From positions 1 to 24,175 of IMG/VR virus record IMGVR_UViG_3300046103_000245: a DNA stretch of 24,175 nt; one strand, written 5' to 3'. This DNA comes from a virus (Duplodnaviria > Caudoviricetes). The position numbers and the translations under genes were made by a program. The notes under the pieces are model-generated. The model saw nothing but the letters and a program-made list of their open reading frames with translations. It made no database searches and was not told the DNA's origin. This document shows positions 17,001 to 24,175 of this stretch, piece after piece. Numbering within the stretch: the stretch's first letter is position 1; each line of letters begins with the position of its first letter.

Positions 17001-17714
17001 ACGCTCAGCACCGGAGAAAGCTCTATTGAGATGGGCGGCTTCGTTGAAGTGGCTACTCCTGATCTGGTAGTAGTGGAGCAGTTCCTAGGCCCAGACAAGC
17101 TAGCCGAAGCTGTATACGTAGGCGAGACTATGGAGTACACTGGCGAGATGGTTAGTGAGTACTCCTTAGACGGAACCCTCTTCACTATAGCTGGTCTGTC
17201 TGGCATAATCAGAGATACATACGGCTACGTGCCTAGTGCTGAGTATGATCCAGAAGCCCCTTCCCCTACTAAGCCACCAGATGACGCTCCCAAAGAAGAC
17301 TTTGAAGCTCCAGTAGAAGAGACGCCACCTGAAGAAGAGCCTGAAGAGGAAGAGGAAGAGGAAGAGGACGAGACGCTTGTTAACGGAGTGATCGGTGGCC
17401 TGCCTTCCACTGGTGGAAACAACAACAACTACAACGGCGTTACCGCCCCTAACTACAATGGCGTTACCAACCCCGACACCCCACCAGTAACTACTCCAGT
17501 AACTACTCCAGTGTCTAACCCTGTCGGCACTCCTGCTGGTGGCCCTAACGGTGGCGGCGGCGGTGGCGGTGGCGGCTTAGGCTCAGCGTCTGCCCTCATG
17601 GGTAATGGCACTCAGGCGTCAGACTCAGGCAACCTATTCGATTATACAAAGATTAGCCCAGCAGCTTACGCTATACTGGCCCCACTAATAGACCAGATGG
17701 AAGGATTGAAATGA
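14097..17714 (+). CDS. Large acidic Gly-rich protein (1205 aa), possible internal virion/ejection protein
   Basis: GGAG SD; long open frame; central hydrophobic Ala/Gly helices, internal repeats, poly-Glu and poly-Gly tracts. Function is inference. Confidence 0.6.
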   Translation: MAKKEGMFNASQITGKTWADMNNTEKAAHVVGRGGDTSIFSKQDLASGKGWLDTNVGDKQAQTSLFVQARDAAGQRVEDGMFGGTDAQAARATQLAQLATPGWSMETDIGGAVGGVATSGGASLGVGYRDPIDTSVFDKMDGTASEGMFSNEKQTTGSWDNNKGWTLYNPETREFENYADPGREDGTSAFTAGEGNTGYYKTADGKTVLGFLPSESIPVSDGTGSSNVSVAAAPLTAEEVAAKTDAEIAAENLTPVAPPPFVWEGTYNDATSIIQESDSLFFSGESNSERGQELNSILSTADFQTQYVAGLRDDPATNPQEFFNSIHTMFFYNPEEFSKWQANPANRDMALRFHAMAAAGGFPSNDGLRVKGELVWGDEAGTWTHEKHQQYANVLGDQIRQDLGWGDEYERDGSMIATGYSGEYSKDVNNASSGGDFWKIGTSQKKTDGVGNFVKDNPVQVAAIVASLAFAPYATQAIAGSLAGVVPAAAIPAVSGGLYAAGAQLTTQLVTGQDLDLAGALKTGAITAATFGIVQTGAEYLTKAAGVSMEVAERAVSIGLETAANGGDLVAAVTDELISSGMELAGNALDGLTGAIGDFVTGDGAVDWDPNEPRPDWMSDDEYMSAVAGGFDGNVVGSGTSLNGPSGLEEFDIFSDTAALTPLGDDTFEGNIQGMTDYNAEDVGNFEQNLTSLQESGYPIVDQHGDELSISGDYVKNGDDDTWIRLEDANGGDGSGGNGGDGDGGNNGTGSNGNGGEGDGGMLGKGGVGEGGVGGTGGTGTPPPTDAEWQDTLGQMEAQGMPTTDGSGKPLSKDVEYDLMDNADGSQDWVVKGGVSQDTFEANMSGLAAAGHPTTDTSGEPLRNDGTAYEMDSNGGFVDPTKGDGGMFAEFDPDAGIEIGTTPEDITGDGALGPQMLGGYIDDAGVFHAEGGSGIQVGNGTPVEGGPDSWESHVEAVSTTSSTGVVEFTLSTGESSIEMGGFVEVATPDLVVVEQFLGPDKLAEAVYVGETMEYTGEMVSEYSLDGTLFTIAGLSGIIRDTYGYVPSAEYDPEAPSPTKPPDDAPKEDFEAPVEETPPEEEPEEEEEEEEDETLVNGVIGGLPSTGGNNNNYNGVTAPNYNGVTNPDTPPVTTPVTTPVSNPVGTPAGGPNGGGGGGGGGLGSASALMGNGTQASDSGNLFDYTKISPAAYAILAPLIDQMEGLK

Positions 17715-18376
17715 AGACATACTTAGAGATAGTCAACGATGTGCTTATTGCATTGCGTGATGACCAAGTAACTACTATCAACCAAGACGTACACACACAG
17801 CTCATAGCGCGCTTTGTGAACGACGCTAAGGTGCAGTGTGAGGCAGTTACTGATTGGTCTGCACTTAGCACAGAAGAGATTGTAGTGGCTCCAGCAGGCA
17901 CAGAGAAGCTGAGCATAGTAGGCAGCGCCAACCGTATCAAGATAGACTACGTACTCAACGTCACCAACGACAACATACTGTCCCAACGATCACGTAGAGC
18001 CATGCAGATACAAGCACTGAAAGGCCAAGTACCTGTAGGCATCCCCGGCAACTGGTGTAACAACGGAGTAGACACTAACGGAGATGCTGTAATACAGATC
18101 AGCCCTTCCCCATCTGTTACAACTAGCCTTGCAGTGGTAGGCTTTCAGCGCACACCTTCCATGACACTAGACACTGACATGCTCCTCATCCCTGACGTAC
18201 CTGTACGAGACCTAGCCACTGCCCTAGCGGTCCGTGAGCGTGGTGAAGTTAATGGACAGACAGCAGCTGAGTATTTCGAGATAGCCAAGCGCACACTGTC
18301 AGACGCAGTGGCATTCGATAGCGCACGTAACGACAGCGAAGACGACTGGTATGTTTCATACGGGAGAAACAGATGA
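17711..18376 (+). CDS. Head-tail adaptor (tail tubular protein A-like)
   Basis: 221 aa. TYLEIVNDVLIALR N-terminus and FVNDAK...W helix typical of podovirus adaptors; precedes the nozzle. Confidence 0.8.
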   Translation: MKTYLEIVNDVLIALRDDQVTTINQDVHTQLIARFVNDAKVQCEAVTDWSALSTEEIVVAPAGTEKLSIVGSANRIKIDYVLNVTNDNILSQRSRRAMQIQALKGQVPVGIPGNWCNNGVDTNGDAVIQISPSPSVTTSLAVVGFQRTPSMTLDTDMLLIPDVPVRDLATALAVRERGEVNGQTAAEYFEIAKRTLSDAVAFDSARNDSEDDWYVSYGRNR

Positions 18377-19920
18377 GCCAACAGCAAACCAATGTAACTA
18401 TCTCAGCCCCAGGATTTGGAGGCCTCAACACTGAGCTGTCGCCTACTGAGCAAAGCGATATGTATGCTAGGGTTGCTGACAACTGCGTCATAGATAACTT
18501 TGGACGTATCGCTGCGCGCAAAGGCTTTGAGCCAGTCACATCAGACAACACAGCGTTCGGCAGCAATATCCCCTCTGCTATCTATACGTTTGTTGGTGAA
18601 GATGGAAGCAAGGTAAAGTTTGTTGCTGCTGGTTCTAGCATCTACAGGGCTGACCCCGTTGTTGTGGACATTACTCCAGCAGGGGCGAGTATTACTAATG
18701 ACAACTGGCAGATGCTAACCCTCAATGACAAGTGCTTCTTTGTACAGTCTGGTCACGACCCGCTGGTGTTTAGTCACACTGGAGGAGGCGCAGGAACTTT
18801 AGCTGTTAACACTACGTCAATGCCTAGGGCTTCGTGCGGTACGTCGTCTTATGGTCGGCTGTGGTTGGCAGACACAGACACTGATAATCATCAGGTGGTG
18901 TACTACAGTAACAGGCTTGACGGAGAAGCGTTTACTGGGGGAGATTCTGGCTCATTCAACGTGGCAAACTACTGGCCTACTGGATTCGACATCATTGGAG
19001 CGTTAGTGGTTCACAACGGTCGTCTTGTTATCTTCGGCAAAGAAAGCATCATTACATACAATCAGGCAGACGGCGACCCTGCGGCTGCTCCAGCAGCTGG
19101 TGGCATACTACTAGAAGACACCATCAGAGGGCTGGGATGCATAGCAAGAGACACGGTAGCTAACATAGGGTCGGATGTATTGTTCCTAGATTACACAGGG
19201 GTTCGATCTCTGGGCCGTGTCATGGAACAGCGGAGTATGCCCATTAGCGAAGTGTCTAATAACATACGCATAAGTCTTAGGGCAGCAATACAGGAACTAA
19301 CCGCAGATGGTTTGTCCCGTGTGCGTTCTGTGTTCATACCGGAAGAGCAGCTATACCTGTTGATAGCAGTGGAAGCTGTTACAGTCTTGGCATTCAACAC
19401 AGCGCAAAGGGATGAGACAGGAGCCATGCGTGTAACCAACTGGCCTTCCACCCCTATAACTGGCGGGTATAACTCAAACGGGACTACGGTGTTCTGCATG
19501 TCTAGCAAGAAGGTTGTTAAATACGCTGGGTACGCTGACTCAGGAGAGCCGTATCGTATGCGCTACTCTACTAAGTTTCTGTCTTTCGGGGACACCTCTC
19601 TCCTGAAGATACCTAAGAAGCTGGACGTAACTCTGGTAGCTGGGACATCGGCAGGGTACTCTGTGTTCTGGTCATATGACTACAGCCAAGAACGCTCATC
19701 GTCTTACGTGGCTCTTGGTTCCTCAGCGGGAGCAAGCGAATACAACTTAGGCGAGTACGGCATAGCAGAATACACGGGAGGGGTGTCTACAGTACGCAAG
19801 AAGACTCACTTGTCGGGCAAGGGTACAGTTATGCAGGTCGGCATAGAGGCAGACATAGCTGGTTCACAATTCTCAATTCAGGAACTAAACATACAAGCAT
19901 TGATAGGAAGGATAGTATAA
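18373..19920 (+). CDS. Tail nozzle/hub protein (tail tubular protein B / P22 gp10-like)
   Basis: 515 aa beta-rich. PGFGGLNT, ADNCVID..GRIAARKG and GLGCIARDTV...DVLFL...GVRSL propeller motifs; ATGA overlap with the adaptor. Confidence 0.82.
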   Translation: MSQQQTNVTISAPGFGGLNTELSPTEQSDMYARVADNCVIDNFGRIAARKGFEPVTSDNTAFGSNIPSAIYTFVGEDGSKVKFVAAGSSIYRADPVVVDITPAGASITNDNWQMLTLNDKCFFVQSGHDPLVFSHTGGGAGTLAVNTTSMPRASCGTSSYGRLWLADTDTDNHQVVYYSNRLDGEAFTGGDSGSFNVANYWPTGFDIIGALVVHNGRLVIFGKESIITYNQADGDPAAAPAAGGILLEDTIRGLGCIARDTVANIGSDVLFLDYTGVRSLGRVMEQRSMPISEVSNNIRISLRAAIQELTADGLSRVRSVFIPEEQLYLLIAVEAVTVLAFNTAQRDETGAMRVTNWPSTPITGGYNSNGTTVFCMSSKKVVKYAGYADSGEPYRMRYSTKFLSFGDTSLLKIPKKLDVTLVAGTSAGYSVFWSYDYSQERSSSYVALGSSAGASEYNLGEYGIAEYTGGVSTVRKKTHLSGKGTVMQVGIEADIAGSQFSIQELNIQALIGRIV

Positions 19921-20153
19921 TGAGCGATTACATTAAGACAGTTGACTTTGCATCTAAGGACACGCTCACTACGGGCAATCCTCTTAAGGTTGTCAAAGGA
20001 ACAGAGATAAACACAGAGCTGGTTAACATAGCCGCTGCATCTGCCACTAAGGTGGAAAGCAACAACGGCGTACACACCGGTACAACTAGCATGACCAACG
20101 TCACTGTGGCAGGCACGCTAACAGCAGGCACAATAGATGGAGGCACATACTAA
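19920..20153 (+). CDS. Small tail protein (fibre/needle N-terminal-type domain)
   Basis: 77 aa; YxKxxxFxxKD...VKGTEIxxE...ATK pattern and IDGGTY end; TAATG overlaps on both sides. Confidence 0.65.
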   Translation: MSDYIKTVDFASKDTLTTGNPLKVVKGTEINTELVNIAAASATKVESNNGVHTGTTSMTNVTVAGTLTAGTIDGGTY

Positions 20154-20974
20154 TGGCTGGCATATTCGAGAGTCTATTTCAAGGCGGAGTGCAGGCATAC
20201 GGCGCAAGCCAGTACGGAGAGCAGCTTGGCGAACTAGGCCAAGCATCGGAGGATAAGCTCTCTGCTGTCGGCGATTCCGCTGTATCTGGTACCCAGTTTC
20301 AGGGGTTCAATACTGTATCAAACACAGGTAACACTGTCACTAACGCTGACGGCAGCACAACTGGCACGTTGAGTGACGCCAACCAAGCAGTGTCAGACCA
20401 AGCCCTCGCAGCCTCACAAGGCTTGTTCGCAGAGGCTGGCGTATCAGTAGCTGACAGGACACAGGACATATTCGGCGCAGCTTCTCAGGCATTGCAGGGA
20501 CAGTTTGCCATGCAGAACACACAGATGGGCAATGACTTGTACAGCCAAGGCCGTACAGGATTCAACTCAGCCTCCTTCGGTGGCAGCTCAGAGCAGTACG
20601 CCAACCGGCAGAGTCAAGAGCAGAGTATGCTTAACGCCTTCTACGGAGCGCGTACACAGGCAGGACAGGAGCAACTACAGCAGTCACAAGCAGCTGGATC
20701 ATTGCTGAACTCCTCCTTCACACCTAGCGCACAGCTCTCAATGCAGCAGCAAGCAGCACAGAACAATGCTAACATGGCACAGAACGGGCAGATTGCAGGG
20801 CAGAACCTAAGCTCGCAAGCTAACATAACTGGCGTACAAGCCAACATCAATGCTCAGATAGAGCAAGCTAAGATAAAAGCTGGTATGTTTAATTCAGCCT
20901 CGTCAGTAGCTGGTTCTCTGGGCGCTGGTGTTGATGATAGCGCTGTGGGCAAATTAATTGCGGGGTTATTCTAA
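20153..20974 (+). CDS. Putative DNA ejection/pilot protein 1
   Basis: Gln/Ala/Gly/Ser-rich, few charged residues, amphipathic termini; first gene after the tail genes, as for podovirus ejection proteins. Confidence 0.65.
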   Translation: MAGIFESLFQGGVQAYGASQYGEQLGELGQASEDKLSAVGDSAVSGTQFQGFNTVSNTGNTVTNADGSTTGTLSDANQAVSDQALAASQGLFAEAGVSVADRTQDIFGAASQALQGQFAMQNTQMGNDLYSQGRTGFNSASFGGSSEQYANRQSQEQSMLNAFYGARTQAGQEQLQQSQAAGSLLNSSFTPSAQLSMQQQAAQNNANMAQNGQIAGQNLSSQANITGVQANINAQIEQAKIKAGMFNSASSVAGSLGAGVDDSAVGKLIAGLF

Positions 20975-22233
20975 TGGCACTATTTGACGGAGCAGCACAA
21001 GGAGGCGGCATATTGGCTGGTCTTCAGAAGACAGCTGACAACTTCAGCATGGCACCCAACCCCTTAGAAGGGGTGAACCTACAAGACCCAGTAGCATTGG
21101 GCGCGGCTGCACAGAAAGCAGTGAACGAGGGAGACTTCAAGCTAGCTAAGGAGCTAACCACTATGTCTCAGACTGCGGCTAGCCAACAGCGCTCTTCTGC
21201 TGAAGCTACTAGAGCAGCGGATAAACATAACACTGAGGTGGAGCAAGCTGCTGAGCAGGACGATGTTCATCAAGGCACTGTCGATCATCTCAGGGGCATC
21301 GGCACTACAGAGATGACTGTGTTGGCTGATAAGCTAGATGGAGGCCTCATTCAGCTTGGGGACGTAGCTCCCTACGTCTTGGATTATGACACAGCTCAGG
21401 CAGTCAGGGATAACGCAGCTGCTACTCTAGAGCATAAGAAGAAGACAAGGAGGCACGAGTCAAGTCAATACTCAGCATCTGCCACGTCCCTAGTGAACGC
21501 AGGCGAGGACGCGGCTGCCAAGATGCAGACACGGGAGATGATGGCTGGCATTGCTGGCCTAGACCCTATCATAAAGGCACAGTTCCTCAATGCAGACCTC
21601 GACTTTACCAACCCTGAGATACAAGCTAGATACGAGTATGGTATCAGGGATAGCGAAGAGTTCAAGGAAGAAGCTAAGAGGACAGAAGTTATCGGACAGC
21701 AGTCTGACGCTTTCGTAGCTGCTATTCCTAGTCCTGTACTGCGAGAGCATTACGGTAAGAAGCTGACTGAAGGACTCAAGGGACAGACGCCTGCGTATGC
21801 AGCTGCGTATCTACAGCAGCAGACTGCGAACTACAAGAGAGACCTCGAAGGTCAAGACCCACTGTGGGTGGACAGCGTTCCTGTTGATCGTGCGTTCTCC
21901 GAGCAGTTCTTAGATAAGCTTGCCACTACCAGTAATACAGGAGGCGTTGAAGGCAAGTACTGGTGGAGTGATGACGTACCCGCTGACTGGGCGTATTCAC
22001 AGGCTGTGTCCCAGCTGATGGCAGACACTATTGGGTCATACCAAGCAGCAGTAGGAGTGCCTCAAGGAAGGGCGCAGCGCGAAGCTAGCGAGGCATTTAT
22101 GAAAGAATTCAATGCCCAAGCAGCAGCACTAGAGAAGGCAGGGCTTCCGCCTATGCCTACTCTGCTGTCGTTGCAGACTGAGATGACAGAAGTTCTCATT
22201 AGGAAGTCAACCAAGAAAGGGGCAACAGACTGA
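20974..22233 (+). CDS. Putative DNA ejection protein 2
   Basis: 419 aa, helical and Ala/Gln/Glu-rich; TAATG coupling; lies between the other two ejection-type genes. Confidence 0.6.
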   Translation: MALFDGAAQGGGILAGLQKTADNFSMAPNPLEGVNLQDPVALGAAAQKAVNEGDFKLAKELTTMSQTAASQQRSSAEATRAADKHNTEVEQAAEQDDVHQGTVDHLRGIGTTEMTVLADKLDGGLIQLGDVAPYVLDYDTAQAVRDNAAATLEHKKKTRRHESSQYSASATSLVNAGEDAAAKMQTREMMAGIAGLDPIIKAQFLNADLDFTNPEIQARYEYGIRDSEEFKEEAKRTEVIGQQSDAFVAAIPSPVLREHYGKKLTEGLKGQTPAYAAAYLQQQTANYKRDLEGQDPLWVDSVPVDRAFSEQFLDKLATTSNTGGVEGKYWWSDDVPADWAYSQAVSQLMADTIGSYQAAVGVPQGRAQREASEAFMKEFNAQAAALEKAGLPPMPTLLSLQTEMTEVLIRKSTKKGATD

Positions 22234-24175
22234 TGTCATACGATTGGGAAGGGGCTATAGCAGACGCCCAGATAGCAGGAAGACCTGATAAGGTTCAGGA
22301 CATACAGGATGACTGGGCTGTGGCAAGAGGGGAAGTAGACCCACGACTAGCGCGCTCTAAGGCTCCTGTAGCAGCTGTCGATCCAGCAGTACAGTACGCA
22401 GAGGACAATGGCCTGACATATTACTCAGACCTGAGAGCAGCCAACGAAGGACGCGTCACTAATGAAGAGCTAGACATGCAGAAGAGGTTTGTCCTTCAGG
22501 GTGCTACCTTCGGCCTTGCTGATGACATCTACGCAGCTGGTGCATCCATTGGCACGTTGTTCGAGAGTCCTGACGTTGAGGCTGGCACCAATGATGACAG
22601 ACCGTGGTTCGGTGATGACAGCAGACTTGAGGACTTCTGGGATTCTAAGAAGGAGATTACTCAGGAGCTGAAGGCAGAGCGTGACGCTTACGCACAAGAG
22701 AACCCCGGCGAAGCATTGCTGCTTGAGCTGGCAGGCGGAGTACTAACCGGAGGCGTGGGTGCAGCACGAGTAGCAGGCTTTACTGCGGCTAAGGCAGCAG
22801 TGGCGGGCGCTAACACAGCATTGGCAGCAGGCGCTGGAGCAGCCGCAGCAGGAACGGCTGAGGGCGTGGTGTATGGCATAGGCACACTCGATCACCAGTT
22901 CAATGACGGCACGTCAGCAGCTAAGTGGATCGCCACTAGCGCCCTGTTCGGTGGAGCCGGTGGTGCTACCCTAGGCTTCGCAGCTAAGGCTGTGTCCAAT
23001 AAGGTAGCAGCTAACAAAGTATTCAAGACAGCGCAGAAGGATGCTGACACTATGTCTGCACGTCAGGCTGGTATGACTGAGATCAAGGACGCTGTTGATA
23101 ACATGCGAGCTGACAACCCTTCGCTGTCCCCTACTGAGCTTGTCAATAAGGTACACGCTGACACGGGGCTTGGAACACGTTACACTACAGACCAGATGAG
23201 AGCAGCTATGGTTGCTAACTCTGATAGGGCTGGGCCGTTGACTCCTACTGAGCATAAGCTGATGAAGGAGATGACAGATGCACGTGTCGCCGGTACTCCA
23301 GCAGAGGAGTCAGCTAAGCTAGGCAAGGGCGGGGCGTTCGGAGAGTCAATGGAGTACATCTTCGGCTCTGTCCGTACCCGCCTGTCCAACATCGACAAGG
23401 CTACAGGCCAACGTCTGGACTACTCAGACGCTAACATCATGGCTAAGAACCGTGACCGTTTGTCAAGGGTGGAAGGCATGGAAGGCGTGACTAAGAACCC
23501 GCTGCTGAACTCTGAGTTCAAGAAGCTGTATGATGCTGACGATGCTGAAGGCATCACTGCTATGTTCAACCGTCACGGTGACGAGAACATGATACGCGGC
23601 TGGTCGCAGTGGCGCGCAGTACAGAAGGAGATGGGCGATGAGCTGGATAGCGTAGGCTTTGCAGGATGGGGCAAGGGCGGTCAGCTTCCCCGTGTGGTTA
23701 AAGACCCTGAAGGATTAGCTAGAAGGCTTGGCAGTTTGCCCAAGGCACAGAAGACCTTCGAGGCTGACTTCATTGCTATGGTTGGCAAGACTGAGGCGGC
23801 GAAGAATTACACCATCAAGTCCTACGCACAGGCTAAGGAACGGTTTGGAGAAGAAGCCACTAATGAGTGGATGGGCGAGTGGGTACAGAAGAACAAAGGA
23901 AGAGGAGGTGCTAAGGCTGCTCAGATTGGAACCACTAAGGGCCGTGAGATCGAGACAATCACTGACGACATCTCAGAGTTCTACGCTGACCCTCTGGAGT
24001 CTATCTCCCGTACAATCAAGGACATCACCAACAACGTAGAAGAGCGTAGGTTCTTCGGCAATGGCTCCGGCGAGGGGCAGAGAGTAGTAGGACTGGGCGA
24101 CAACGCTAGCATAGACATAGACTTGGGCATCACTAAGTACATGGCTGACCTAGGCATGGACGCTACCAACCCGCA
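22233..24175 (+). CDS. Large putative DNA ejection protein 3, 3'-truncated by the window edge (not in ORF track)
   Basis: TGATG overlap. Begins MSYDWEGAIADAQIAG; contains QGATFGLADDI, YAQENP and a long Gly/Ala hydrophobic tract typical of injection proteins. Frame was open at the start, middle and end where checked (at least 647 codons). Confidence 0.8.
   Translation, partial: MSYDWEGAIADAQIAGRPDKVQDIQDDWAVARGEVDPRLARSKAPVAAVDPAVQYAEDNGLTYYSDLRAANEGRVTNEELDMQKRFVLQGATFGLADDIYAAGASIGTLFESPDVEAGTNDDRPWFGDDSRLEDFWDSKKEITQELKAERDAYAQENPGEALLLELAGGVLTGGVGAARVAGFTAAKAAVAGANTALAAGAGAAAAGTAEGVVYGIGTLDHQFNDGTSAAKWIATSALFGGAGGATLGFAAKAVSNKVAANKVFKTAQKDADTMSARQAGMTEIKDAVDNMRADNPSLSPTELVNKVHADTGLGTRYTTDQMRAAMVANSDRAGPLTPTEHKLMKEMTDARVAGTPAEESAKLGKGGAFGESMEYIFGSVRTRLSNIDKATGQRLDYSDANIMAKNRDRLSRVEGMEGVTKNPLLNSEFKKLYDADDAEGITAMFNRHGDENMIRGWSQWRAVQKEMGDELDSVGFAGWGKGGQLPRVVKDPEGLARRLGSLPKAQKTFEADFIAMVGKTEAAKNYTIKSYAQAKERFGEEATNEWMGEWVQKNKGRGGAKAAQIGTTKGREIETITDDISEFYADPLESISRTIKDITNNVEERRFFGNGSGEGQRVVGLGDNASIDIDLGITKYMADLGMDATNP

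Larger units (their letters stand above)
1..24175 (+). mobile_element. Tailed dsDNA bacteriophage genome segment, podovirus-type packaging/head/tail/ejection module
   Basis: Co-oriented terminase, portal, scaffold, major capsid, adaptor, nozzle and ejection-type genes with overlapping stop/start codons. No tape-measure, sheath or tube genes and no host genes. Prophage versus free phage cannot be decided from this window. Confidence 0.95.

Noticed and set aside
25-24169. All minus-strand ORFs and short alternate-frame plus-strand ORFs in the track
   Set aside because: They overlap well-supported + strand genes or the repeat region, lack recognisable motifs, and look like shadows of biased codon usage (e.g. 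the Cys-rich 1851-2045 ORF is the antisense of the PQQ repeat).

Overview
The whole window is the packaging and morphogenesis arm of a tailed dsDNA phage with podovirus-type (P22/T7-like) architecture. All real genes are on the + strand and are tightly coupled. The order is: repeat-rich non-coding region, near-consensus sigma70 promoter P1, structured ~150-nt leader, 42-aa zinc-finger ORF, probable small terminase, lysozyme-like protein, large terminase, portal, two paralogous collagen/beta-solenoid fibre proteins, perfect sigma70 promoter P2, small proteins, scaffold, major capsid protein, terminator, fibre adaptor pair, 1205-aa acidic protein, head-tail adaptor, nozzle, and ejection proteins (the last runs off the window). 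No integrase, tRNA, CRISPR array, RNA polymerase or reverse transcriptase is visible. The most striking unexplained signal is in the P1 leader: a long hairpin there carries a perfect 15-nt reverse complement (24/28 extended) of the P2 leader 9.4 kb away, next to the first ribosome-binding site of the capsid operon. This suggests RNA- or operator-mediated coupling of the packaging and capsid operons. Other oddities are a lysozyme between terS and terL, a zinc ribbon fused to a fibre, and a G-M-[LF] motif shared by putative internal virion proteins. All product calls come from motif recognition and gene order, not database searches.
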